From a virus (Duplodnaviria; Caudoviricetes): a stretch of 36,002 bases of DNA. The stretch lies in the IMG/VR virus record IMGVR_UViG_3300037419_000564, positions 1-36,002 of that record. One strand, 5' to 3'. The notes beneath the pieces were generated by a model, which was not told the origin of the DNA, made no database searches, and saw only the letters and a program-made list of their open reading frames with translations. A program made the position numbers and the translations under genes. Each line of letters begins with the position of its first letter. The stretch's first letter is position 1. Of the stretch, positions 17,073-26,500 are shown in pieces.

Positions 17073-17699
17073 ATGGCGAGCATCAGCGTCTGCAACCAGG
17101 CCCTTGCCGAAATCAGGGCGCCGACGATCGTCTCCATCGACGATGGAAGCCCAGAAGCCGACGCTTGCGCGCAGCATTACGACGACTGCCTGAACACCCT
17201 CCTCCAGGAGCACGAATGGAGCTTCGCGAAGAAGCGGGTCTCGCTTGCCCTGCTGGCGACGAACGACCGTTCGACCGAGTGGCAATATGCCTATGCGCTG
17301 CCGAGCGATGTCGGCGTTCCTGGGACGCTGGTCTATGCGACCGTCGCACCGCCGGTTGGGGTCTATTATCCTTGGCCCTATGACTTCCCTCGGCCCCCGT
17401 TCTACCTGACGGACTTCGTTCTCGACGGGACGACGATCTACACGAACCTCGAGAACGCCGTTTACGAATATTCGTCGAACGATCCCGAGGAAAGCCAGTG
17501 GCCGGCGATGTTTCGCCGAGCTCTTGTTCTGGACCTCGCTTCCCGTCTTTCGATCACGATCCTCAACGATCGCGCGATGAAGGGCGACTTCATCCAGCAA
17601 TATGAGGCATCGAAGCGCCGCGCGATGGCCGATGATTTGAACCGCTATCCAAAGCGGGACGCTCCGGTCGTTGATGAAGTGGCGATGGTGCGCCGGTAA
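17073..17699 (+). CDS. Tail tubular protein A / head-tail adaptor (T7 gp11-like)
   Basis: ICNQAL-like start, I.SIDDGSPEA, HEWSFAKKRVSL, WQYAYALPSD, FRRALVLDLA. Confidence 0.88.
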   Translation: MASISVCNQALAEIRAPTIVSIDDGSPEADACAQHYDDCLNTLLQEHEWSFAKKRVSLALLATNDRSTEWQYAYALPSDVGVPGTLVYATVAPPVGVYYPWPYDFPRPPFYLTDFVLDGTTIYTNLENAVYEYSSNDPEESQWPAMFRRALVLDLASRLSITILNDRAMKGDFIQQYEASKRRAMADDLNRYPKRDAPVVDEVAMVRR

Positions 17700-18694
17700 T
17701 GGCGCAAAGAGCGGGGCAGCTCAATTTCGCAAAAGGCGAGATCGCCGAAGAGCTGATCGCGCGGATCGACGTCGCCTCCTATCAGTCGGGCGTAAAGACC
17801 GCGAACAACGTCATCGTGATGAAGTATGGCGGGCTGAAGAAGCGGCCCGGCACGCGGCTTGTCGCGGAAGCGTGGGATGCGACCCATCCGGTTCGGCTGA
17901 TCCCGTTTCAATTCTCGCTGGTGCAGGCGTTCGCTCTCGAGTTCGGGCAAAACTACATGCGTCCCGCGGCGACAGGCGGCCTGGTCCTTGAGCAGAAGAT
18001 CAAGGTCACAGCGATCACCAAGGCGACGAACGCGAAGATCACGGCCGCATATCATGCCTACACAGTCGGCCAGCAGGTGTTTTTCTCCGGCATCACCGGG
18101 ATGACCGAGATCAACGGCAAGTTCGGCAAGGTGATGTCCGTTGTCGACGCCGATAACTTCACAGTGAACATCAACACGACCGGTTTCTCTACGTTCACCG
18201 GGAGCGATGGGACGACGAGGAGCGCTCCCCCGTCTCCTCCACCCGCACCGCCGCCTTCACCGCCCCCTCCGGCCCCTGCGCCGCCTCCGCCGCCTCCCGC
18301 CGATACTGGCGGCGGCGGCGGGTTCGACGACGGCGGTCCATGCGTCACTGTCGACACGCTTATTCTCATGGCGGACAAGTCGCTCAAGCCCGCTGGCGAG
18401 ATCAGGACCGGGGATCGCATCTGGTCGCAGCCCGAGAATGGGGACGAGTGGGGCGAATATAGGGTTACGGCCGCAGCGATTGTCCGCGATGAAGACCTGC
18501 TTCGGGCGACTATCGACGGCAAGGAGCTGTGCGGCACGCCGAATCACCGCGTCCGGGTCGATGGCGAGTGGATGACGCTAGTTGATCTAGGCGCGGCGCC
18601 AGACGGCGTTGGCGATGTCGTGAAGCTGTCGACTACTTCAAAGACCTACGTTTCCAACGGCATCCTCAGCCACAATCTGAAGCCGGCGATATGA
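17699..18694 (+). CDS. Tail tubular protein B (nozzle) N-terminal part, with FCCH-like domain, poly-Pro linker and C-terminal Hint domain
   Basis: QLNFAKGEI...YGGLKKRPGT...RLIPFQFS...LEFGQNYMR nozzle N-terminus; ITKAT...VFFSGITGMTEING...NFTVNINTTGF; Hint CVTVDT...TPNH...SNGILSHN. Confidence 0.85.
   Translation: MAQRAGQLNFAKGEIAEELIARIDVASYQSGVKTANNVIVMKYGGLKKRPGTRLVAEAWDATHPVRLIPFQFSLVQAFALEFGQNYMRPAATGGLVLEQKIKVTAITKATNAKITAAYHAYTVGQQVFFSGITGMTEINGKFGKVMSVVDADNFTVNINTTGFSTFTGSDGTTRSAPPSPPPAPPPSPPPPAPAPPPPPPADTGGGGGFDDGGPCVTVDTLILMADKSLKPAGEIRTGDRIWSQPENGDEWGEYRVTAAAIVRDEDLLRATIDGKELCGTPNHRVRVDGEWMTLVDLGAAPDGVGDVVKLSTTSKTYVSNGILSHNLKPAI
18229..18321 (+). repeat. CCN-rich low-complexity tract encoding poly-Pro then poly-Gly
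   Basis: PPSPPPAPPPSPPPPAPAPPPPPPADTGGGGG. Confidence 0.85.
18341..18676 (+). other. Hint (intein-like/BIL) domain, 112 aa, without endonuclease
   Basis: Cys1 (CVTVDTLILMAD), GEIRTGDRI, block B TPNHRV, block F/G TYVSNGILSHN; next residue is Leu, then stop after LKPAI. Confidence 0.85.
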
Positions 18695-20502
18695 GCGTTG
18701 CGCGCGTCTATCGGATCGCCAGTCCCTACCTCGGCTCGCAACTCGCGGACCTCGACCATGAGCAGTCGGCCGACACGATGTATCTGGCGCACCTCCAGGT
18801 TGTTCCGACCAAGCTGGTCGAGACAGATTCGACGGACTGGGCCTTTTCGACCGTAACCTTCGCGCCGACGCTTGCCGCTCCTGCAGGGGTGAGTGTCACC
18901 GTCACTCAACCGAACACGGACTCGGCCAACAGCGGCGCGAGTTTCTATCCTCGGGATGCGGTTTATTGCGTCTCTGCGGTTGCTACGGACACGGGGCAGG
19001 AAAGCCGTCCATCTTCGAGCGTGACCGCGAACAACGACCTGAACCTCGTCAAGAATTACAACACGGTCTCATGGTCCGCCGTCACGGGGGCCGAGCGCTA
19101 TATCATCTACAAGGCCGAGAACACGGGCGATTTCGGCTACATCGGAACGACGACGCAACTCAATTTCCGCGACGACAATATCGGCCCCGATTACACCGTC
19201 GGGCCGGTGCAGGGGCAGACACCTTTCCCGACCTCGAACGATTTCCCATCGACGGTTTCATTCTTCCAGCAACGGCTTCTGTGGGCGCGGACGAACAACC
19301 ACCCGAACGCGGTCTATTTCTCCAAGTCGGGCGAATATGAGAACGCAGACATTTCACGGCCACTTCAGGCAAGCGATGCGGGGTCTTTCGCCCTCGTCGC
19401 GGGCAAGGTGAACGCAGTCAACCAGCTCGTTTCGATGGCGCAGCTTCTGGCCCTGACCAGCGATAGTGTGTTTTCGATCAACGGGGGCAACGACGATTTC
19501 ATTTCCCCGACGAATATCGTGACACAGCGACAAAACGGGCGCGGGGGGTCGAGGCTCAATCCGCTCGTGATCGACAGCGTGGCCTTCTATCAGACCGCCG
19601 TAGGGAACGCGATCCGCAGCCTCGGCTATCAGTTCGATGTCGACGGCTATCAATCGAACGACCTCACCATTTTCAGCCCGCATTTTTTCAAGGGCCATAA
19701 CATCGTTTCATGGGCCTACATGGGCGAGCCTTTGTCGGTTGTGGCCGCGGCAAGGGACGACGGAAATCTCCTGATGTTCACCTGGCAGCAGGAACATCAA
19801 GTGTGGGGCTGGACGCTGTGCGACTTGGGCGGAACGGTCGAAAGCGTTTGCTCGGTCAGCGAGTTCGGCGAGGATCGGCTTTACCTGACTGTGAGGCGCA
19901 CGATCAACGGCGTGTCGAGGTTGTTCCTCGAGCGGATGGCTTCGGCACTGACCGACGATGTTCCGAGTTCCTGTTACCTGGATTGCGCCGTCACTTATTC
20001 CCTGTCGACGCCGGCGACGAAGTTCATCAACCTCGATCACCTCGAAGGGGAGACGGTGGTGGCCTTGGCCGACGGCGCCGTAGTCGACGGGCTGACGGTT
20101 TCGGGCGGCTCGGTCACTCTCCCGGACCCGGCGAGCCTCGTGACGATCGGGCTTCCGTTCACCGCGACGATCGAAACGCTTCCCCTGGCAATCCAGACGC
20201 AGCAGGGGGGGTGGACGGTCGCCAAGCCGCAACAGGCCGCGAAAGTGGTGCTCAGGGTCAATAACAGCCGCGGCTTCCTCGTCGGGCCTTCGGTCGACAA
20301 GCTCGACGAACCGAGGCCAAGATCGAACGAACCGTGGGGATCGCCGCCAAACGCAATCACGGGCCTCGTCGAAGCAACGCTGCGGCCGCATGTCGCGAGC
20401 GGAAGGCAGGGGCAGACGGGGGTTTCTGTCGTGGTCCAATCGTCGAACCCGCTTCCGCTTGAGGTGACGGAGGTGTTCTACGACGCGACAGTCTCAAATT
20501 GA
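18691..20502 (+). CDS. Tail tubular protein B (nozzle) C-terminal part (T7 gp12-like)
   Basis: IASPY...QSADTMYL, PSTVSFFQQRL, EHQVWGW, LDHLEGETV..LADG, IGLPFTATIETLP, QSSNPLPLEV. Confidence 0.88.
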   Translation: MSVARVYRIASPYLGSQLADLDHEQSADTMYLAHLQVVPTKLVETDSTDWAFSTVTFAPTLAAPAGVSVTVTQPNTDSANSGASFYPRDAVYCVSAVATDTGQESRPSSSVTANNDLNLVKNYNTVSWSAVTGAERYIIYKAENTGDFGYIGTTTQLNFRDDNIGPDYTVGPVQGQTPFPTSNDFPSTVSFFQQRLLWARTNNHPNAVYFSKSGEYENADISRPLQASDAGSFALVAGKVNAVNQLVSMAQLLALTSDSVFSINGGNDDFISPTNIVTQRQNGRGGSRLNPLVIDSVAFYQTAVGNAIRSLGYQFDVDGYQSNDLTIFSPHFFKGHNIVSWAYMGEPLSVVAAARDDGNLLMFTWQQEHQVWGWTLCDLGGTVESVCSVSEFGEDRLYLTVRRTINGVSRLFLERMASALTDDVPSSCYLDCAVTYSLSTPATKFINLDHLEGETVVALADGAVVDGLTVSGGSVTLPDPASLVTIGLPFTATIETLPLAIQTQQGGWTVAKPQQAAKVVLRVNNSRGFLVGPSVDKLDEPRPRSNEPWGSPPNAITGLVEATLRPHVASGRQGQTGVSVVVQSSNPLPLEVTEVFYDATVSN

Positions 20503-20953
20503 GCTTGTCCCGGCCAAGCTGAGGCACATCGGCTCCATTGCTGCGAGAATGCGCGCCGCGGACGTGGAGGAAGTCAGGGCGTTCGGGCGCACCCCCAAGG
20601 GAGCCTTGAGATTGGGCCTGCGGGCTTCGGTCGATTGCATGACGGTGCTGATCGACGGGAAGCCTGAAGCGATCATGGGCCTGACGCCAAAGAACCTTCT
20701 CGAAGGTGAGGGGACGCCGTGGATGCTCGGGACCGACGAGGTTTACGGCCACCCCCGCGCTTGGCTCACACTTATGCCGCGGATGCTTGAGCGGTGGTGC
20801 GATTCAACGAGAACGCTCACCAACCTAATCGGCAAGAAGAACGCGCGCGCTATCCGGCTGCTTCGGAGGCTCGGCTTTTCGATTGGAAAGGAAGTCACCG
20901 TGATCGGCGGGGTTGAGTTCGTGACTTTCTCGCTAGAACGGGGAGCGCGTTAA
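20498..20953 (+). CDS. T7 gp13-like GNAT-fold virion assembly protein (start uncertain; first ATG at 20549)
   Basis: IELVPA...MRAADVEEV...PWMLGTD...NARAIRLLRRLGF; position after the nozzle gene. Confidence 0.75.
   Translation: MELVPAKLRHIGSIAARMRAADVEEVRAFGRTPKGALRLGLRASVDCMTVLIDGKPEAIMGLTPKNLLEGEGTPWMLGTDEVYGHPRAWLTLMPRMLERWCDSTRTLTNLIGKKNARAIRLLRRLGFSIGKEVTVIGGVEFVTFSLERGAR
20799..20831 (+). promoter_or_regulatory. GCGATTCAA-type putative late promoter, internal, upstream of the internal virion genes
   Basis: GCGATTCAA-N18-TAATCG. Confidence 0.55.
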
Positions 20954-20954
20954 A

Positions 20955-21467
20955 ATTTGCGATCCCATCTCAATTACAATGGCCGCGACTGCGGCGGTCA
21001 GCATGGCGGGGCAATATGTCCAGGGCCAATCCGCTTACACGCAGGCGAAATATGAGCAGTCCGCCGCCAAGGCGAATGAGGCGCTGGCCGACCAGCAGGC
21101 AAAAGAGCAGATCGACCAGACGAAGCTTGCGGCCTCCCGCCGCTATCGCGAGGCCGGGCAGCTCGAGGGCCAGCAGAAAGCGGCAATGGCGGCGAACGGG
21201 GTTGATCTTACATTCGGCTCCGCCGCTCAGGTCCAGCGCGACAGCCGAATGATCGCGAACGAAGATGTCGGCCAAATCTACAAGGAAGGCTTCAACCGGA
21301 CACAGGGCTATTTGACCGACGCCTATAATTACCGGCTGACCGGAAAAGCGGCTGCGTCGGCCGCTCGCGCCGCGCCACTCGCGACTGGGTTGGCAATGGC
21401 CGGGACCGCGCTCGGCACCGCGTCCCAGATCGGGAAGTTCCGCGCCTCAGCTAATTTCGGCGGGTAG
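20955..21467 (+). CDS. T7 gp14-like internal virion (ejection) protein; probable ATT start giving MCDPIS..., first ATG at 20979
   Basis: SD GGGAG 9 nt before ATT-TGC-GAT-CCC; G.QKAAMAANGVDL..GSA motif; ends ANFGG. Confidence 0.8.
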   Translation: MCDPISITMAATAAVSMAGQYVQGQSAYTQAKYEQSAAKANEALADQQAKEQIDQTKLAASRRYREAGQLEGQQKAAMAANGVDLTFGSAAQVQRDSRMIANEDVGQIYKEGFNRTQGYLTDAYNYRLTGKAAASAARAAPLATGLAMAGTALGTASQIGKFRASANFGG

Positions 21468-21468
21468 T

Positions 21469-23595
21469 ATGCCCAGAGTTCCTCTCGCTGAAAACACAGT
21501 CCCGCTCGCCTCTCCCGGCGTGAGTGCCCGCGTGCAGGCTCCAAACATGGGCGCCGGCGGGGAAATGGTCGGGAAAGCGCTTCAGGGATTGGGGGAGGAG
21601 GGCCAGCAGGCCGCCGCCAACTTCGCCGAGGCAAGCCAGTATCACGACCAGGCGACCGTAAAGGAAGCGGTCAACAACGTCCTCACCACCTACACCAACT
21701 CGGCTTACACCGGCCCCGATGCGTATTTTACTAAGGACGGGAAGGATGCGGTTTCGGCCCGTCCCGAGCTTGAGCAGACGCTAGACCAAACCATTGCCGA
21801 GCAGCGGAAGAACCTCCGCGATCCCCGCCAGCAGAAGATGTTCGACCTCGCGATCACGCCTCAAAGGATGGATTGGGGCGTCACGATTGCCAAGCATTCC
21901 GATGAACAGCAAAAGACCTATGAGAAAGACCAGAGCGACGGGCTGATCTCGAACACGCGCGAGCTCGCGACCGCTCAGTATGTCAACGATCCCATCGGGG
22001 CGGAGACGCAAATCTCTACCGGGTTGACCGAGATCGACCGCTACTGGCGCTCGCAGGGAGTTCCTGACGATTTTATTTCGGCTCAGAAGCTCAAGTTCGC
22101 CAGTGGCATTTACAGGGACGTAGGAGCGGACCTCGCTTATCAAGGAGCAGACGGCCCGAAGCTGGCCCGAGCCCTTGTCGAGAAGCATGGCGACTCGATG
22201 ACCGCCGATGACCGGCTGGCCGTCGAGAACCATGCGAGGGTCGCTCAGAACGCTCTGGACGCTGAGGCTAGACGGCAGGAGGCGGAGCAGCAACGGCTTG
22301 CGAACGAGGCCAAGCATGACGCTAGGGATCGGGCGACCAGCGCCGCGGCATTGCTGGATTCCGGCCTTCCGATGGACCCGAAAACCTATGCGTCGGCGGT
22401 ATCGGATGCACAGACGGCGGGGGACGATAACCTGACGCGCAGACTGCAGGAGGGCCAGCTAAAGAACACGACCATCTTCACGCACAAGAGCGATTCCCCT
22501 GTCCAGCTCCAGAGTTCGGTCAACGCTTTGTCGGCGAAGATCGCGAAGGCCGGAGCGAAGGCGGACCCGAACGACATCATCCAGAGAGACGCGCTGCAGC
22601 AGCTTTACGGGAACGTGAGCGAACAGCTCCGCACCAATGGCGTCGGATGGCTGGCGCAGCAGGGTGCCGACGTTCAGCCGCTCAACATCATGGACCCTTC
22701 GAGCATCCAGGCTCGCGCTTCATTGGTAAACCGCGGACGCAGCCAGACGGGCCAGAGCATCGCGCCGCTTCAGCCGGCGGAAGTGAACCAACTAGGAACG
22801 CTGTGGAAAACAGGTGACGCCAATACAAAGACGAATCTCGTCATGCGGCTGTCGCAGTTCGGCTCGCTCGCTCCCGATGTCGTTTCGCAGATCGCGCCGG
22901 GTGATAATGGGCTGTTGCACCTGATCGGACTGGCCTCGCACTCGAACAGAGGGGTCGCGGTCTCTCGCGTCAGCCAAGCGATCGCCGGTTATGAGGCGAT
23001 GAAAACCGAAGGGCCGCTCGTCAACAAATTGGCCTCTTCGACGGATTTCAACACCTTCACCGGGTCCGCTCTTCAGTTCATGCCCGGTGCGCGGGACGGG
23101 GTTTACACTACCGCCAAGGCGCTACTTGCGGAGGACGCGGCCTCGCACGGATGGGCCGATAACACTGCCGCCGACGACAAGGCATGGTATCGGGCGGTCA
23201 ATTCGGCACTCGGCGCCTACAATCGCGGCTCCGTTCAATACGGCGGGCTTGCCGGTTTCAATGGCGCTCAGACCATCCTTCCAGAGAACATGAGCCTCGA
23301 CGATTTCGAGGGCAGGGTTTCACGCGCAAACGGACCTCAGATGCGCGCGGCCGCGAACGGGCTTCCGGTCACAGGCGATGGGACTCCCCTCAATTCCGGC
23401 GACCTGAAGAAGATGCACTACGTCCCGGTAGGAGATGGCGTTTACCGGCTCGAGAACGGTGGCGCGTTCGTTCACACGAAGGACGGGCAGCCGTTCGAGA
23501 TTGATGTCCGCAAACTCCCGGCTCCGGGCGCTCAGGCCGCAGCAACGCCGGGCTTCGACCAGGTTCTGGCCGCACACGGCTACCATCGCTACTGA
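21469..23595 (+). CDS. Internal virion (ejection) protein, gp15-like
   Basis: 708 aa, MPRVP start, Ala/Gln-rich helical, follows the gp14-like gene. Confidence 0.75.
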   Translation: MPRVPLAENTVPLASPGVSARVQAPNMGAGGEMVGKALQGLGEEGQQAAANFAEASQYHDQATVKEAVNNVLTTYTNSAYTGPDAYFTKDGKDAVSARPELEQTLDQTIAEQRKNLRDPRQQKMFDLAITPQRMDWGVTIAKHSDEQQKTYEKDQSDGLISNTRELATAQYVNDPIGAETQISTGLTEIDRYWRSQGVPDDFISAQKLKFASGIYRDVGADLAYQGADGPKLARALVEKHGDSMTADDRLAVENHARVAQNALDAEARRQEAEQQRLANEAKHDARDRATSAAALLDSGLPMDPKTYASAVSDAQTAGDDNLTRRLQEGQLKNTTIFTHKSDSPVQLQSSVNALSAKIAKAGAKADPNDIIQRDALQQLYGNVSEQLRTNGVGWLAQQGADVQPLNIMDPSSIQARASLVNRGRSQTGQSIAPLQPAEVNQLGTLWKTGDANTKTNLVMRLSQFGSLAPDVVSQIAPGDNGLLHLIGLASHSNRGVAVSRVSQAIAGYEAMKTEGPLVNKLASSTDFNTFTGSALQFMPGARDGVYTTAKALLAEDAASHGWADNTAADDKAWYRAVNSALGAYNRGSVQYGGLAGFNGAQTILPENMSLDDFEGRVSRANGPQMRAAANGLPVTGDGTPLNSGDLKKMHYVPVGDGVYRLENGGAFVHTKDGQPFEIDVRKLPAPGAQAAATPGFDQVLAAHGYHRY

Positions 23596-26500
23596 TGAGC
23601 GTCCTCAACGCCCTCGCGCAGAAGGATAAGGGGACCGCTCCGGTTCTCCCGGTCCTGCAGAAGCCGCCCGAAACGACGGGCTTTTTCCAGAATGTCGGCG
23701 CCGGTTTCCAGCAGGCGGTCGCGGGGCCTCACTCGACCCAGAACGCGAAGGCAATCTACGAAAGCAGGGCCTACGATCAGATCGTCCAGGCATTGAACGC
23801 GGAGGGCGAGAAGGCCACGGACATGGTGGAAAGCCCTGTTCGCTCAGACAGCCCTTTTTATCGTCCCGTCGCCGGCGAACAGAAGCTCCCCGACGGCAGG
23901 GTGCTGATCCCGGTTCAACGTCAGTTCGCCAACCCCTTCAGCGAAGGTCCGTCGGCGACCCGCGACGTGAACCCGCTGACCAACTTCTACCTCGGCGGGG
24001 ACGCTGCCGAGCAGAACCGCATCTGGCAGGCTGTCCAGAACGTCCGCAAGCGCAATCCCGATTTCCTGAAGGAGTTTCCCGATCCGACCGCGATTGACGC
24101 ATGGACCATGTCGCGGCGTCAGGCAGACGAAACCGCAGCCGGTCAGGTGACGAGCCGAGCGACGGTTGCGGGGAGGGTTGGTTCGTTCATCGGCGGCATG
24201 GCAGGGAGCATCGCTTCCGGCGACCCGGAAAACTTCGTCGGCGGATGGAGCGGGGCTGCAGGAAAGACCATCGCCAGGACGGTGGTAAAGCGTGCTGCGG
24301 AGGGGGCAGTTGCGAACACGGCGGCTGGAATTGTCGCGTTGCCGGGACAGGAGGCCGACACAGAGCGGATGGGCCAAGCGCCCATGACGACAGGTGAAAT
24401 GGCGCGCAGCGTTGCCGAGAATGCTGCTGCGGGCGCCCTGTTCGGCGCGGCGCACGTTGTCGTTCCCGAGGCCATTTCAGCAACAGGAAAGGTGGTGAGC
24501 GCAGCAGCCGGCAAGGTAGCCGAGAACCTGCCCGCGCCGGTCCGCGACCCGATTGTCGCCGCCTCTATCCGTGCCGGAACCGTGAAGGATCGCCAGCTTC
24601 TCTACGAGTTCCAGCGCGCGCACAGTCCTTATGCCGCAGTCGATACCTCCACGCCGACGGAGAAAGCGGCCGCGCATGTGATGACGCACGACATCGAGAC
24701 GAGGGAGCAATCGCCCCTTCAGCCCAGGCAGGAGGGCGTGAACAACCAGCGGCTCACCAATATCGCGGCTGCGCTCGGCGTCGACCTTTCCCCGCCCGAT
24801 CAGCCGACAACCGCTCCCGTTGCAGCACCTACGGTCAGGGACAATGGCGTTTCAAAGCCCGTCGCCTTTTCGGATGCGATCACCCGCGCCGAAGGATCGA
24901 CCCGCAATCCCCGTTCCAGTGCAGACGGCTACGGCAATTTCATCGACAGCACATGGCTATCGGTCGCTCCCAAAGTTACGGACACGACCGGCCTCAGTGA
25001 CGCGCAAATCCTTCAGCTTCGCCACGACAAGACGATCGCTCAGCGCGCGACCGATTATTACGCGGCGCAGAACAGCCGCTACCTCCGCATCAGAGGATTG
25101 GAGGACAGCCCCGGCAATCTGAGCCTCGCCCACTTCCTCGGCCCGGAAGGCGCGGCCAAAGTGTTGAAGGCCGATCCTTCGACGCCGGTTGAAAGCCTTC
25201 TCCCCCCAGAAGTCATCCGCGCGAACCACGAAGTCCTTCAGGGCAAGTCGGCAAGCGAAGTCGTCGCATGGGCGCACAAGCGGATCGGAGCCTCGGTCGA
25301 TCAGCCGCCGGCGCGGCCCGATGCGGTTCCTGATGAGGACTACGATTACTCGTCACCCGTTCCTTATGTCGCAGAGACGCTGAAGCCGGACGAGGTGACG
25401 ACCAACGCCGCCTTGATGCAATACAAGTCAGGCGGTGATGAAAACGGCGTCACCGACGCTCTGAAAGGCGTCGGTCAGTGGAACCCGATCCTCTCGCAAC
25501 AGATCCTCGTCTGGGAGCCGAAAGAGGGCGGCAGGATCGTCGTCGACGGCCACCAGCGGGTCGGCCTGGCGAAACGGCTATCTGCTGAAGGGCAGGACAT
25601 CAGCCTTCCTGCCCTTGTCGTGAGGGAAGCGGACGGGATCACGGCAGAGCAGGCCCGCGTTCTCGGCGCGCTGAGGAACATCGCCAACGGCACGGGAACC
25701 TTGCTCGACAATGCCAAGGTGCTGAAAGACGCGCCCGATGCGGCGAGCCTGCTTCCGCGTAACGCTCCATTGGCTCGTGACAGCATGGGTCTCGCCCACC
25801 TGTCCTATGAAGCGTTCGGGGCTGCTGTGAACGAGGTGGTTCCGGCCCATATCGCCGCTCAGGTCGGGTTGAACGCTCGCCACACGCCAGAAGCGCACAT
25901 GCCTATTCTGGCGCTGCTGGCGAAGGAAAGAGTCACTGATCCTCGGGAAGCGGCCGCAATCACTCGACAGGCTGTGGCAGATGGCTTCGGCACTGCGGAA
26001 AGCCACCAGCTTTCGATGCTCGGCGACGAGCCGAAACAGTCGCTCTATCTGCCGATCGCTCGGATTGCGTCCGCCGCGGCAAAAAGGCTGCGCGAGGAAA
26101 AGCGCACCTTCAAGGTGCTTACCGAAAAGTCGGGGAAGATCGAGGCCGCAGGGAATGTCTTGGACCGAACGGCCAATGAGAGTAAGGTGATCTCGAATGA
26201 AGAAGCGCTCGCAATCCTCGAAAGAACCAGCCACTCAGCCGGTCCCGTCCGAGACGCTCTTGTCCGGGCCGCCCGATCAGAGCTTTCCGGTGCTCGACGG
26301 CCCGATGCCGTCAACCAATTCCTCGACGAGCTCAATTCCATCGACCTACGAGCTGCCGCCGCAGGAGTGGGATCGGATGGCGGCGTTCGCGAACCATCTG
26401 GCGGAGCGGGACGCGATCTCTCCCCTGAAGCGCAGGATGAGCAGCTTTCTCGACCAAGCGAACCGAGCCTCTTTGACCGAGCGGTAATCGCCCGCGACAA

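Noticed and set aside
17995-18200. E1 FCCH-like domain as evidence of a ubiquitin-activating enzyme
   Set aside because: This small beta domain is a common insertion in phage tail proteins; no adenylation domain, E2 or ubiquitin fold is visible in the window.
18341-18694. Canonical mobile intein
   Set aside because: No homing endonuclease, the +1 residue is Leu and the C-extein is only five residues; treated as a BIL-type Hint domain.
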